Shown in pieces: positions 15,580-26,400 of a stretch of 32,261 bases of DNA; the stretch's first letter is position 1, and the number at the start of each line of letters is the position of its first letter. The notes under the pieces are model-generated. The model made no database searches and was not told where the DNA came from. It saw only the letters and a program-made list of their open reading frames with translations. The translations under genes and the position numbers were made by a program. The stretch is from an uncultured Pseudomonadota bacterium (GTDB lineage: Bacteria > Bdellovibrionota_B > Oligoflexia > Oligoflexales > Bog-1112): assembly GCA_937896265.1 (NCBI GenBank), contig CALBMD010000224.1, positions 1 through 32,261 on the forward strand, given 5' to 3'.

Positions 15580-17513
15580 GTAAAGGAAAAAACTATGCGA
15601 AGAAGATTGCTTTTGAGGCTATCTTTAAGGACAAAACGGGTGGTTTGGCGAAGCTACAAAGCTTTTTTCAAAACATACACAAAGCTACGGAAAAAACTAG
15701 CCAAAGCTTAGATAAGGTACAAAAGCGCCTTAGTTCGCTTAATTTTAATGGTCTAAGAACCTTCCAGAAACGCAGCGAACAAGTGGCAAAGAAGGTCGCC
15801 AGTATGTCCGACTCCTTTATGCTGCCTTCCCTTGCTGGCACAGCGACGTCAATTTTCGCTATGGCTTCACCGGCGCATTTAGAACGCGAAATATACAAAC
15901 TTGCTGAGCTTGGTCGATCTTTTGATAAGTTCGGCAACAAAGTTCGGCTAACCAGTACAGACCTAGCGGAGCTTGTTACCGAGATCCGGCGTATTGGGGC
16001 AGAAACGCAATTTTCTAACCCAGAAGCAGCAATGGCCATGAACCGCGCCGCCTCGCAAGGTTGGAACGATCGTGACACCTTAATGGCAGCCACAGCACCT
16101 ATTACCTATTTTACTGGCGCATCCAGGTTAAAAAGTCCAGGGTTTCAGCTTGAAGGGTCTGCAGAGATGTTGACCAGTCTAATCAATGCTTTCCACCTGC
16201 CTAAAAGCTCTATTGGTGACGTTGCTGACAAGCTGGCCTATGCCATTTCGAATTCAGGGCAAACCAGTGAAGAGCTAAATGACGCATTGATTAAAGTTGG
16301 ATCGCTGGCCAAGGATATGAACCTACCTTTTGAGGACGCTATTGCTATTACGATGCAACTTGCTGATATTGGCGTTAAAGACGCTATTGCCGGGACAGCG
16401 CTATCCGGCTTTATGTCGAGAATGTCGAGTTTACCACCAGAAGGGCTTGAAGTAGCGCATGCTAGGTTTTCACCTAGCGAACGCCGGGATGTGATAGATG
16501 AGACTGGCAAATTTAAAGCAGGCGGCCTGCAGCGACTATTTCAGCTGATGGGCGAAAAGCACCTAACTGTCGGCGAAAAGATGAAGATCATGGGCGTCGA
16601 GTCTGGGCGCTCTTTGATCGGGTTAACCGGCGTAATGAAAGGCCTTAAAGATGTGGTGGAGGCGCTCAAGGAGAAATCACACGGTCTAGCTAAAGTCCTA
16701 AACGATGTGCAAGTCCAAGGGTTATTAGGCCAACTGGATCTTTTGGGTTCGGCTATCGATGAAACAGCCACTAAGATTGGTTTTGACGGTGGCGTTTTGG
16801 GCTCTGTCACGAGCGTTATTACCAGAATAAAAGAGGCTGTTGAAGGACTAAACCAGCATCTAACTCCTGAAACGGCAGCTAATCTTGGAGCCTTTCTTAA
16901 GGATCTTGGGATTTTTTGCGCAACGATGTTAGGGCTAAAGCTCGCCTATGTTTCTGTAGTTTTCATCGGCTTATCCTCTAAAATTGGCTTGTTGGTAGCT
17001 GCTGGCCTGGTTTTCAGCAAGTTTGTTTATGACAACTTCGAAAACCTAAAAACAATTTTCCAACCGATAATTGATTTCATATCTGGCTTGTACAATTTTG
17101 TTTTTAGAGGGGAGATCCCAGGAATATCGGAATGGCTAGCCCAATCGATCTTTGACCATCAGCCAACGCTCGGCCCCGATGAAGAATTTGGCGCAAAAAG
17201 CGTGCGCTATTGGAACAAATGGTTTGATTCGCTAGGATCATTAAACAATTGGAACATTCCATTTTTTGGAATTGGCGAGCAAGCTTCCGAATCTGCATTA
17301 GAAAAAGATTTCTTTACGGAAATGCAGTGCAAAGAACCTAAAGACATCTATTCTTTTTTTAAGTCTCTTAACCAAGAATCAAAAAAAGAATCTAAGGTCA
17401 AAGTCGAACTAAGCTTTAAAGACCTACCACGTTCGACCAAATTTAAGGTTGAAAATCCTGACCGCATACGACTTGAAACCTACACAGGATGGGCCATGGA
17501 GGGCATTGGATGA
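15576..17513 (+). CDS. tail tape measure protein
   Basis: The 645-aa helical protein has a conserved TMP core (ETQFS...AASQGW...) and a C-terminal hydrophobic segment. Its position follows the chaperone pair. Confidence 0.9.
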   Translation: MSKGKNYAKKIAFEAIFKDKTGGLAKLQSFFQNIHKATEKTSQSLDKVQKRLSSLNFNGLRTFQKRSEQVAKKVASMSDSFMLPSLAGTATSIFAMASPAHLEREIYKLAELGRSFDKFGNKVRLTSTDLAELVTEIRRIGAETQFSNPEAAMAMNRAASQGWNDRDTLMAATAPITYFTGASRLKSPGFQLEGSAEMLTSLINAFHLPKSSIGDVADKLAYAISNSGQTSEELNDALIKVGSLAKDMNLPFEDAIAITMQLADIGVKDAIAGTALSGFMSRMSSLPPEGLEVAHARFSPSERRDVIDETGKFKAGGLQRLFQLMGEKHLTVGEKMKIMGVESGRSLIGLTGVMKGLKDVVEALKEKSHGLAKVLNDVQVQGLLGQLDLLGSAIDETATKIGFDGGVLGSVTSVITRIKEAVEGLNQHLTPETAANLGAFLKDLGIFCATMLGLKLAYVSVVFIGLSSKIGLLVAAGLVFSKFVYDNFENLKTIFQPIIDFISGLYNFVFRGEIPGISEWLAQSIFDHQPTLGPDEEFGAKSVRYWNKWFDSLGSLNNWNIPFFGIGEQASESALEKDFFTEMQCKEPKDIYSFFKSLNQESKKESKVKVELSFKDLPRSTKFKVENPDRIRLETYTGWAMEGIG

Positions 17514-18580
17514 TCAAGAGCCCCATCACTTCTGCTAAAGCATCATTTCGCGGTGTGCCTTTTTTCGTCTCGGATGCGTCGGAGAAAACCCTGTGGCGAC
17601 ATGCGTCTTATGAATTCATCAACGACCACGAACCGGAAGTCAGACGCTATGCCAAGGCCCCTATGGAGATCCGGATTGATGGCTATCTTGTTGGCAAAGA
17701 TGCCATTTTCATGAAGGATCTGCTTTCGAAAGCCTGTGATAAAGATGAGCCTGGCCGCTTAATTCATCCGCTTTATGGCTACAAAAATGCCCTTTGTGTC
17801 GAGAAAGAATTCGAGACCACAGGCGTCAACTCCTTCTCCTTCAGCCTAATTTTTAAAGAAGTCCTGGATAAAGACGGTAGCCTTCTCTCTAAAGTCATTT
17901 CGTCAATCGAAGCTGTCAACGATACCCTAACCGATTATGCCTTGATGGCCACTGAAGCTTTGTCTTTCATTCCGGCAACAGTTTATGCCATAGATCGAGC
18001 CATGAGGGCCGTGCTTGCCATCGAGAATGCTTTGCATACGGCTGCCAATATAACCATGTATAAAGAGGTGCTAAATTTTCTTAATATCGGTGGACCGAAA
18101 CCAGCAGCGCTCTCTTCTATCATTGTTAACGAGGTGAAAAACCCAACTCTCCTTGTCGAAAGGCTACACAACGCTGCCAAGGCGGTTAATCAAGCTCCTA
18201 ATCGAGTTGCAGTTTCTTGCCTAGCCTCGCTATTACCACAACTTAAAGACTGCGCCAAAGACGCTAAAAACGAGCCGCTCCCGAACCCTGAGATTCTTAT
18301 TTTCGAAGCAATAGCGTTTTTTACAATCGCCGAGGCCAGCAAGGGTGATCTTGGTCACGATTTTGTTCCCGCTATCGAGCAGCTGATGGAGCAGACAACC
18401 AACACGATGGCTTTCTCGTTTCTTTGGGGCTTGAAAAACCGAAGCCAGAAAAAGACAAAAACCGTCGAGCGTTTCGCTTATGGTAACGAACCAAGTCTCG
18501 TCGCCTCCTATCAACGGTTTAACTCAATCGACAAAGCGGAGGAGCTAGCTCATGCAGCCGGTCAACCGTTTAGAGTTTAA
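17510..18580 (+). CDS. DNA circulation protein (Mu gp43/N-like)
   Basis: The N-terminal ASFRGVPFFV...ASYEF..DHEPEV fits the DNA_circ_N motif. The start forms an ATGA overlap with the TMP stop, and GGAGGG lies upstream. The ORF is open from 17489. Confidence 0.85.
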   Translation: MIKSPITSAKASFRGVPFFVSDASEKTLWRHASYEFINDHEPEVRRYAKAPMEIRIDGYLVGKDAIFMKDLLSKACDKDEPGRLIHPLYGYKNALCVEKEFETTGVNSFSFSLIFKEVLDKDGSLLSKVISSIEAVNDTLTDYALMATEALSFIPATVYAIDRAMRAVLAIENALHTAANITMYKEVLNFLNIGGPKPAALSSIIVNEVKNPTLLVERLHNAAKAVNQAPNRVAVSCLASLLPQLKDCAKDAKNEPLPNPEILIFEAIAFFTIAEASKGDLGHDFVPAIEQLMEQTTNTMAFSFLWGLKNRSQKKTKTVERFAYGNEPSLVASYQRFNSIDKAEELAHAAGQPFRV

Positions 18581-19700
18581 AATCGCCGGTCAGTCGGTAC
18601 CTTTAATCTCACTGCGCTACGAGGTCCACCTGGATTCACCTTGTGGCTCCTTTAACGCCAAGATTTTTAATGAACAGCCTTTTGAAGAAACCAGCTTGCT
18701 GCTCAATAAGTCCTATCTGACAGGCCCTAAAGCCAAGGATGCAACAGATCCTCTATTTCGGGCTTACAACCCCAGCGCTCTCGTTGGCAAGAAGGCAACG
18801 ATCATGATCGACGGCAAAAAGATCAACGCCATCATCGAGGCAATCGACTTCTCGCCTATGGAAGCGGTGGAGATTGCTGGACGTGACCAGCTATCCCTGA
18901 TCGTTGATAGTTCGGCAAATCCCAGGGAATACCAGGGCAAACAGGATCTACTTAACATCGCACAAGATCTTTGCGCCGCTGTGGACGTAGGTGTCTCAAC
19001 CTCCATACTGCAAAACCTACCAGTTGAAAATTTTACTGTTAGCCCAGGTGATACTATTTTCCAATCTCTCGAACAGGCCGCAGCAAATCATCACGTTTTC
19101 TTTGCCTCAGATGATGGCTTGATACTTAGGATTATCGAGAAAAAAGAGACTAACATTGTGCTCGACAGCCAGTCACCTGTCACGAATCTACGGCTCAAAT
19201 ACGATGTTTCCGAGCGTTTTGGTACCTATGTGATGAGGTCAACTAGCCCACAAAAGACCACGCAAAAATCATGGCTTTTCGACGGCGTGACCAAAGGAAC
19301 AAGCGCTAGCAAGGAACTTGTTTTTGACGACGAGATCAACTCAAAGAAGTTAAAGATCATTACCTTGGCAAATCTACCCAAGAGCAACGACGAAAAGCGT
19401 CGCCTGGAGTGGGAAATGACCATTCGCAAGATGAAGTCTTTTACCTTGGAAATAACCCTTGCCGGAATATCATTTTTCGAAATTGGCACAGTGATTACCG
19501 TCGATTTACCGCTAGCAAGCGGCACTTTTTTAGTCAAATCATTGAGCTTTGCCATCGATGGCGACAGTGAAAACTTCTCTGAAACAACAACCTTATTTTT
19601 AATCTCGGAGCATATCGGTCATGTTAACAAAGCAAATAAAACGCCTATTCGAAAGCCTAAACCAAAGGATAAATCAAGTGGTCGGGCATGGCTTGGTTGA
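18552..19700 (+). CDS. baseplate hub protein (Mu gp44 / P2 gpD-like)
   Basis: Size (382 aa) and position fit. The sequence includes GKKATIMIDGKKI...IAGRD. Confidence 0.8.
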   Translation: MQPVNRLEFKIAGQSVPLISLRYEVHLDSPCGSFNAKIFNEQPFEETSLLLNKSYLTGPKAKDATDPLFRAYNPSALVGKKATIMIDGKKINAIIEAIDFSPMEAVEIAGRDQLSLIVDSSANPREYQGKQDLLNIAQDLCAAVDVGVSTSILQNLPVENFTVSPGDTIFQSLEQAAANHHVFFASDDGLILRIIEKKETNIVLDSQSPVTNLRLKYDVSERFGTYVMRSTSPQKTTQKSWLFDGVTKGTSASKELVFDDEINSKKLKIITLANLPKSNDEKRRLEWEMTIRKMKSFTLEITLAGISFFEIGTVITVDLPLASGTFLVKSLSFAIDGDSENFSETTTLFLISEHIGHVNKANKTPIRKPKPKDKSSGRAWLG

Positions 19701-20127
19701 TAAAGTCGATGGTGTAACTATGCAAGCGACATTTAGCAGCGGCGAATCTAAACGAGAGTTGCTCCACATCCAACACTATGGCTTTAAGTCTATCACCCCT
19801 AAAGGTAGCGCTTTTCTTAGCGTCGGCAATGGCGAGAGACGTGATCCGGTAGTTATTGCCACCAAAGCCAAAGATGAACCCGACCTAAAAGAGGGTGAAT
19901 CAGCGATTTTTTCCAAAGATGCCATCATCAAGGCTAGTGGTAGTAAGGTCCACATCGGCAACAAATCCTCGGACATTGGTGGAATAATTGATGAGCTAAT
20001 TGAAGCGCTCTTGGAGCTATCAACCTCACTCAGTGTACCAAATGGTGGTCAAGTAATAAGCGCCCCGGACAAAATAACAAAAATTAGGAGCATCCAAGCA
20101 AAGTGGCAACAACTCACAAAAGCCTAG
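19621..20127 (+). CDS. baseplate spike/assembly protein (Mu gp45 / gpV-like)
   Basis: LLHIQHYGFKSITPKGSAFLSVGNGERRDPVVIA...KEGESAIFSKD matches the gp45 family pattern (QpYGf.S.P..Ga ... GE.alY). Confidence 0.85.
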   Translation: MLTKQIKRLFESLNQRINQVVGHGLVDKVDGVTMQATFSSGESKRELLHIQHYGFKSITPKGSAFLSVGNGERRDPVVIATKAKDEPDLKEGESAIFSKDAIIKASGSKVHIGNKSSDIGGIIDELIEALLELSTSLSVPNGGQVISAPDKITKIRSIQAKWQQLTKA

Positions 20128-20426
20128 TAGATATGAGCAACTTAGAGAGCGCCATAGCCCTAAGTGTCCAGTCGCATCGTCGCGAGCAGGGCAAAAATGG
20201 CTATTGGTTTGATGCTATTAGTGGCGATACTTTTGGTTCTTCTCTTTGGACTTTAAGACAGAAGGCCCTTGGACTAGATGCCGCAGCAATTGCTGCAGAG
20301 TATGTCAGAGAAGCATTGCAACATCTTCCGCAAAGCAAGAGCCTTGATGTCGAAGTGCACCAAGATGGTGAAATTCTTTTTTGCATCATAAATGGCGATC
20401 AAAAGGAGATACGATTTGAGCTATAA
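20103..20426 (+). CDS. baseplate protein (Mu gp46 / gpW-like)
   Basis: ~100-aa protein in the gp46 position. The start is uncertain (GTG 20103 or ATG 20133). Confidence 0.7.
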   Translation: MATTHKSLVDMSNLESAIALSVQSHRREQGKNGYWFDAISGDTFGSSLWTLRQKALGLDAAAIAAEYVREALQHLPQSKSLDVEVHQDGEILFCIINGDQKEIRFEL

Positions 20427-21450
20427 CAGACCAGGCTTCAAAGAAATCAATCAGCGAGTTAAAGAAAACCTAGAGACTGTTGATCTTCCCTACTCTTTTC
20501 GCGGGCTACTGGCTAACTCCGTATCTGGTCTGTCGTATATGCTACACGGCCACATTGACTATCTGGCTGCCAATATGCTTCCCGATACCGCTAAGGGGTC
20601 GCTGCTTGACCGCTGGGCCGAAATCGTCAAGGAACCAAGAAAAAAGGCCCAGAGAACCAAAGCAACTTTCGAAATTCAATCAACCTCTGAGAAGAAAGGC
20701 TATCCAGTACCCAAGCTTTGGCTGATCGATGGCCATGAATTTGCTGTAAGGCAGGAGATCATTTGCAACGGCGAAACGCAAACAGTCGAAATCATTTCCA
20801 AAGAGGAAGGTGACCTTAAAATAGCCGAAGAGGCTCAACCTCTATGCGCCATAACAACGCCTTGGCTCACAATCTCAAAGATTGGGAAAGGAAAGATATT
20901 CCAAGGTGATAACCGTGAGAGCGAAGAAGCGCTAAGATCTAGAGTGCTTTTCGCAATCGCCAATCCTCCCCAAGGCGGCGCACCCGCTGACTATATCCGC
21001 TGGGCCAAAGCCATCCCAAGCATTAAGCAAGCGTGGGTCAGGCCAAGCTACCTTATGGGTGAACCGGGCAAAGTCGGTGTCACCTTTCTAAATGGCGAAG
21101 GCTGCCAAACGCCGGATCTCATTAGCGAGCTGGAGGATGCTTTGAAGATACTAGCTCCAGACCATGCTGAGGTCCATATCCTCCCGCTTAAGCCAAAAGA
21201 GGTCAAAATATCTTTTACCGTCGATCCTGCGGAGCTAAAACCGCTAGTAGAAGCTGAGGTCAAACGTCTCTGTACAGAGGTAGCTCCTAAAAACTTCCTC
21301 GATGCCGATGGTCAAAAGACCAGTGGCAAGCTGGCGTTAAGCAGTCTATGGGCCATCGGTGAACGTTTAGGGGCGAAAAGCTTTGTAGTCAAAAGTCCGA
21401 CTGCCGACATAGAAACCGCTGATCTGGAGGTTCTCTGCTATGTCCCATGA
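20392..21450 (+). CDS. baseplate J-like protein (Mu gp47)
   Basis: The 352-aa product reads ESEEALRSRVLFAIANPPQGGAPADYIRWA, the classic Baseplate_J motif. An alternative TTG start at 20416 lies 7 nt after AGGAG. Confidence 0.9.
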   Translation: MAIKRRYDLSYNRPGFKEINQRVKENLETVDLPYSFRGLLANSVSGLSYMLHGHIDYLAANMLPDTAKGSLLDRWAEIVKEPRKKAQRTKATFEIQSTSEKKGYPVPKLWLIDGHEFAVRQEIICNGETQTVEIISKEEGDLKIAEEAQPLCAITTPWLTISKIGKGKIFQGDNRESEEALRSRVLFAIANPPQGGAPADYIRWAKAIPSIKQAWVRPSYLMGEPGKVGVTFLNGEGCQTPDLISELEDALKILAPDHAEVHILPLKPKEVKISFTVDPAELKPLVEAEVKRLCTEVAPKNFLDADGQKTSGKLALSSLWAIGERLGAKSFVVKSPTADIETADLEVLCYVP

Positions 21451-21934
21451 TTTAATGCGAGAGACGCTCATCAAGCTCTTTCCTCCAGGGTCGCAAGATA
21501 GCCTAGCCGAAGATCCGAAGGCAATGGCCTTGCTTGATGCTATTGCAAAAGAGTTTGCCGCAGTCTTTGATTTAGCAACCACCGTATTTTCACCACCGCT
21601 TGACCGTCAAAGCCATTTCTTCAGTAGTTGGCAGAAGCTATGCAAAAACCCCGATCCGGTGGCTGCCTTGCAAGCAAAAGGGCATAAAGCCATGGCGCTA
21701 GGACAAGAGTGGTTAGTGAGCAACACCAAGGCGCATTTTCAAAGTATTGTTGGTGCCAACATCGAAATCAAGACAGGCAAAAACACCATTGAATTTATTG
21801 GCCTCAAGAACAAAAAGACGAGTTTACCAAACACCCCATGGGGAAAAGTAGAACGAGACGAGGCGCTAATTAGTCTTATCGAAAAGACTAAACATGCTCA
21901 TGTCACAGCAAAATACAAGGAAAACCATGCATAG
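21440..21934 (+). CDS. tail protein (Mu gp48 / DUF2313-like)
   Basis: The N-terminal LIKLFPPGS motif and the position after baseplate J support the call. Confidence 0.75.
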   Translation: MSHDLMRETLIKLFPPGSQDSLAEDPKAMALLDAIAKEFAAVFDLATTVFSPPLDRQSHFFSSWQKLCKNPDPVAALQAKGHKAMALGQEWLVSNTKAHFQSIVGANIEIKTGKNTIEFIGLKNKKTSLPNTPWGKVERDEALISLIEKTKHAHVTAKYKENHA

Positions 21935-22454
21935 AATAGATGCGACAGGTCACGTAGATAGTCGATTTCGTGATGGCGACAACGAAGGTGCCGAAGTCAT
22001 ACCACCAACAATCCCTGATGCAGCTTGGCTTAATGCCGTTCAAGAGGAGATTGCTTCCATCATTGAAGGGGCAGGTTTGGAATTGGATAAAGCTCAAAGC
22101 AACCAACTTGCCCAAGCATGTAGACTAAAGATTAAAAAAACTATTGAACCAATTCTTGGAGCTATTGATCATCTGAGAAATGATTTATCCTTGCTGGAAA
22201 GAAGGATAAATGACCTTTCAAGGCAACCAGGACCGCAAGGACCAGCTGGCCAAAAAGGTGAGAGAGGGCTTACTGGTCCTAGCTGCATAGCAGAAGTGAG
22301 TCCAAAACTTGACAAATTAGCCCGCGGGGTGCTGTTTGCAATAGCAAATGGTGGTGATAGCTTTTCAGCACAACGCCTGGAATACGGCTTAAAATATATC
22401 ACACATAACGATTTACCACCTATGAGCTCAAAAAATTTTTGGCAAGGCGGATAA
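21927..22454 (+). CDS. short tail fibre protein with collagen-like Gly-X-Y repeat
   Basis: The conserved fibre N-terminus reads HRIDATG...FRDGD...TIPDAAWLNAVQEEIASIIEGAGL. Six G-X-Y triplets (GPQGPAGQKGERGLTGPS) lie at 22230-22283. ATG 21927 follows AAGGAAAA. Confidence 0.75.
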   Translation: MHRIDATGHVDSRFRDGDNEGAEVIPPTIPDAAWLNAVQEEIASIIEGAGLELDKAQSNQLAQACRLKIKKTIEPILGAIDHLRNDLSLLERRINDLSRQPGPQGPAGQKGERGLTGPSCIAEVSPKLDKLARGVLFAIANGGDSFSAQRLEYGLKYITHNDLPPMSSKNFWQGG

Positions 22455-22615
22455 GATTAAACCTCCAAGCAGCACTAGGGTTCAGTCCAATACCAAAGTA
22501 ATGACATGGATTGATATTTCATTTCAATAAATAGCCTTTCACGAATCCACCATCTCCTGTTCCTTACGATTTGAAAAATCAACAAGTCGTATTCCTAGTC
22601 GTTAAGGCCTCAATA

Positions 22616-22655
22616 TGGCTATTTATGCCCAACGCGCCAAAAAGGTCAATTCATC
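22616..22655. repeat. left terminal inverted repeat
   Basis: TGGCTATTTATGCCCAACGCGCCAAAAAGGTCAATTCATC. It contains the last codons and the stop of tnpR. Confidence 0.9.
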
Positions 22656-23293
22656 TCGCCGCAAGACGCTAGGTTGGATGTTGCTACAATAACTGGTTTT
22701 TCTGACATTTCAGAAACTTTTCTCTTTTCCATATGATAGAAGAAAGTGCGCCGCCCGATACCCAAGGATTTGCAAATTTCATTTGCAGTTTTTTTAGTAT
22801 TTTCATATAGCACTTCTGCTTGCTCGAGTTTGCTTGCTGAGACTTTCGGGCGTCCGCCTGTTTTCCCTCGAGCTTTAGCGGCATTTTTGCCATCTTTTAT
22901 GCGTTCTTGCTTTAGCTCTCGCTCCATCTGGGAGATGGCACCCATCATCGATAAGAAAAATCGGCCTGTGGCGTTTTTTGTGCCGATATCTTCACGCAAA
23001 GATACAATATCGACCCCTTGAGCTTCAAATGTTTGTGAGAGCTGGAGAAGGTGAGCCAGAGACCGACTCATTCGGCTAAGCTCAGCCACTACGATGGTGT
23101 CGCCGGGACGGATAAATTCCAAAAGTTTGGTCCACCCTGGTCGGTCAGATTTTATTCCGCTAATTTTATCTTTGAATATTTTCATGCAACCGGCTCTTTC
23201 AAGAAGGTCTATCTGGCTATCAAGATTTTGATCTCGAGAACTAACACGAGCGTATCCGATCTTTTGGTGACCGAAGGTATCTTCTCTCTTCAT
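22646..23293 (-). CDS. tnpR: serine recombinase / resolvase
   Basis: IGYARVSSRDQNLDSQ carries the catalytic Ser motif. Other matches are GDTIVVAELSRMSRS and a C-terminal HTH (TANEICKSLGIGRRTFFY). A ~30-aa C-terminal extension is present. Confidence 0.9.
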   Translation of the reverse strand: MKREDTFGHQKIGYARVSSRDQNLDSQIDLLERAGCMKIFKDKISGIKSDRPGWTKLLEFIRPGDTIVVAELSRMSRSLAHLLQLSQTFEAQGVDIVSLREDIGTKNATGRFFLSMMGAISQMERELKQERIKDGKNAAKARGKTGGRPKVSASKLEQAEVLYENTKKTANEICKSLGIGRRTFFYHMEKRKVSEMSEKPVIVATSNLASCGEMN

Positions 23294-23439
23294 CGAGCAA
23301 AAACCTCTAAAAGTTCGACTTTACGCACTTTGATTTATGCACTAATATTTGCACTCTTAAAAGTATTGTAAGTCCGTTTGTAAAATTGACAAAGCACTAA
23401 GTGCAAATAGCTATACTTTTTGCACCATCGAAAGCCCAG
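23294..23439. promoter_or_regulatory. candidate res site and divergent promoters
   Basis: The 146-bp tnpR-tnpA gap holds six YGCAC(T) motifs (23324, 23338, 23350, 23394, inverted at 23400, and 23421), including the dyad GCACTAAGTGC. Confidence 0.4.
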
Positions 23440-26400
23440 CATATGAGTTCCGATTCCCGTCGACTGCAAATTTTGACTAACGGAGAAATTGATGATCTCT
23501 ATGCTTTACCAAGTTTTACAGACGAAGATAGGCTTTTATATTTCGATTTAAGTGCAGTGGAGAAAGAGGCTGTTGATGCTACCTATACTATATCAGTGGG
23601 AGCTCACCTGATTCTACAACTAGGATATTTCAAAGCTAAGAGACAAGTTTTTCGGTATAAGCAAGAAAGTGTTCTTGACGATCTACGCTATATCATCGAG
23701 CTTTATTTTCCTGGAACTGATTTGGCAGATCTCAAGATCCCTTCCAAACCAGTTCGTCTTGAGCAAAAAAAAGCAGTCCCTAAAATTTTTGATTATCGAC
23801 TTTGCGATACTAAAATTCAGCTTGAGTTGGAACAGAAGGCACAAAGGCTTGCAATGCTTTCAACTCAGCCAAGCTATATTCTTCGTGAGGCAATGCAATA
23901 TCTTGCACACCAACGTATAGTCGCGCCAAGCTATCGTTTTATGCAGGAGATGATTGGTCGGGTGATGGCCGCTGAACGCAGGAGAATTACCCAATTGCTT
24001 GGGAAGGCTTTGACGACGGCGCATGAAAAACAACTCGATGAACTTTTAAAGGCCGATGAAGGCATGTATCGGATCACCGCATTCAAGCATGAAGCTATGG
24101 ATTTTAGCTATAAAGAACTGAGATCTGAAGTGGAGCGTCGCAAATTCTTTCAACCACTGTACGAGTTTTCCCAGCAATTTCTTGAAACATCAGGAATTTC
24201 AAGTGAAAGTGTCAAATACTACGCGTCTCTGGTCAAATTCTATACTGTCTTTAAGCTACAGCGTATGGCTATATCCACGACACGTCTATATCTTATATGC
24301 TTTGCCTATCATCGCTTTCGTCAGATCAATGATAGTCTGATCGACGCTTTTATCCATTGGGTAGATAAATACGAAAACCAAGCCAAAATAGCTGCAGAAG
24401 CAGCTATGCACAATGCACTTGCGGATGCCTCTGAAAACCTTAAGGCAGCTGGTCAAGTTCTCAATTTATTCGTTGATCTTTCAATACCAAGTGACGCTTC
24501 CTTTACTATGGTAAAGGAAAAAGCATTCTCTATGCTTGATCCGGAACGATTTTCACAGGTATCGGACTATATGCGTAATATTGCTTTTGATAAGGAGGCT
24601 TTCGTTTGGTCTTATTGGACAAAGCTATCACTGACTTTCAAAAGGAATCTACGACAATTATTTACCGACTTGTCCTTTGCTGGCCGTGTGGAAGATGCAC
24701 CGTTATTAGAGGCTGTCACATTCTTGCAAAATATTCTTAGGCAAGGAAAGTCGCTAAGACAGGTTGATCCGTCTACATTCCCGATTGCATTGATTCCAAA
24801 AAATTTGCAGCGGCACCTATTTGTCACGATAGAAGATGAAAAAGACAAGAAGCTGGTCGTTGATCGATACGAGTTCTTAGTTTATCGGTGCCTACGCAAA
24901 GCGCTAGAATCTGGCGATGTATTTGTCGGAGGAAGCACTGAGTATCGGCGTTTTGAAGACGACTTGATTAGCGATATTCGCTGGCAAAACAAGGATTTCA
25001 TTTTGAATGATATTGGTTCACCTGTTTTGCTGACACCAATCCGAGAAACTCTGAATGATTTTCAAATTTCTCTTGAAAAAAAGATAACGGCTGTTAATCA
25101 ACGTATTGCCAATGGACTCAACAAACATATCAAGATCATAGGCTCTGACGATAAACGTCGATGGAAGCTAATCCACCCAAGCACTGAAGAGCCCGTCAGT
25201 CATCAATTTTATGATCAACTGCCTGGAATTTCTCTCCCAGATCTCTTATGGTTTGTCGCAAAAAACACCGGATTTTTTAGCTCCTTCACTCATGTTTTAG
25301 ACCGATATGTCAAGCAAAATGCTGAGCCTCACGAAATTCTTGCCTGTATTGTTGCCATGGGTACCAATATGGGATTATCAAAAATGGCCGAAGTTTCCGG
25401 CCTGACTTCTTCATCGTTGATAACTACGACACGTAATTACGTGAGACTAGAAACACTACACGAAGCTAACAATGCAATTAGCAATGCCATCGCGGCTCTC
25501 CCGCTATTCAAGCTCTTCAATATTCATGACTCAATCCATTCTAGTAGTGATGGCCAGCGAATGGAAACACAAATAAATACAATCAATTCTCGCTATTCAC
25601 CAAAATATTTTGGATTGCATAAAGGCGTCAGCAGCTATACGTTAATAGCCAATCATGTGCCTATTAACGCTAAGATTATTGGGACTCACGAACACGAGAG
25701 TCACTATGTTTTCGATTTACTTTACAATAATACCTCGGATATCAAACCAGAACGCCATTCTACGGATACGCATGGGACCAACCAAGTAAATTTCTGGATT
25801 TTGCACACGTTTGGCTACGATTTTGCTCCGAGATATCGTGATCTGCACAAGAAAATGAGCTCTCTTGTTGGTTTTAAGCACCCAAGCCAATATGACTCCC
25901 TAATTAAGCCTTCTCGAAAGGCAAACCTAGAATTGATTGAAAGCGAATGGCCGAATATTCAACGAATCATGGCATCTTTGGCACAAAAAGATGTGACACA
26001 GGCCACGATAGTTCGAAAGCTAAGCAGCTATAGCAGACAAAACAAAACGATGAAAGCCCTTTGGGAGCTAGAAAATATATGTCGCACCCTATATATTCTT
26101 GACTTTATCGACGACGTAGAACTACGACAGAACGTGCAAAAGGCGCTCAACCGAGGTGAAGCTTATCACCGATTCCGGCGCGCAATTGCTTATGTAAATG
26201 GTGGAAAATTTCACGTTAAAACCTAAGCTGAGCAACAGATATGGAACGAATGCTCCCGACTAATTGCCAACTCAGTGATCTATTACAACACCTTGCTACT
26301 TTCTCGAGTACATAAGCAAAAAGAAGACGCAGGCAACCACGAAGCAATGTCTGTCATTCAAGGAATGTCACCTGTCGCTTGGCAACACGTCAATCTTTTT

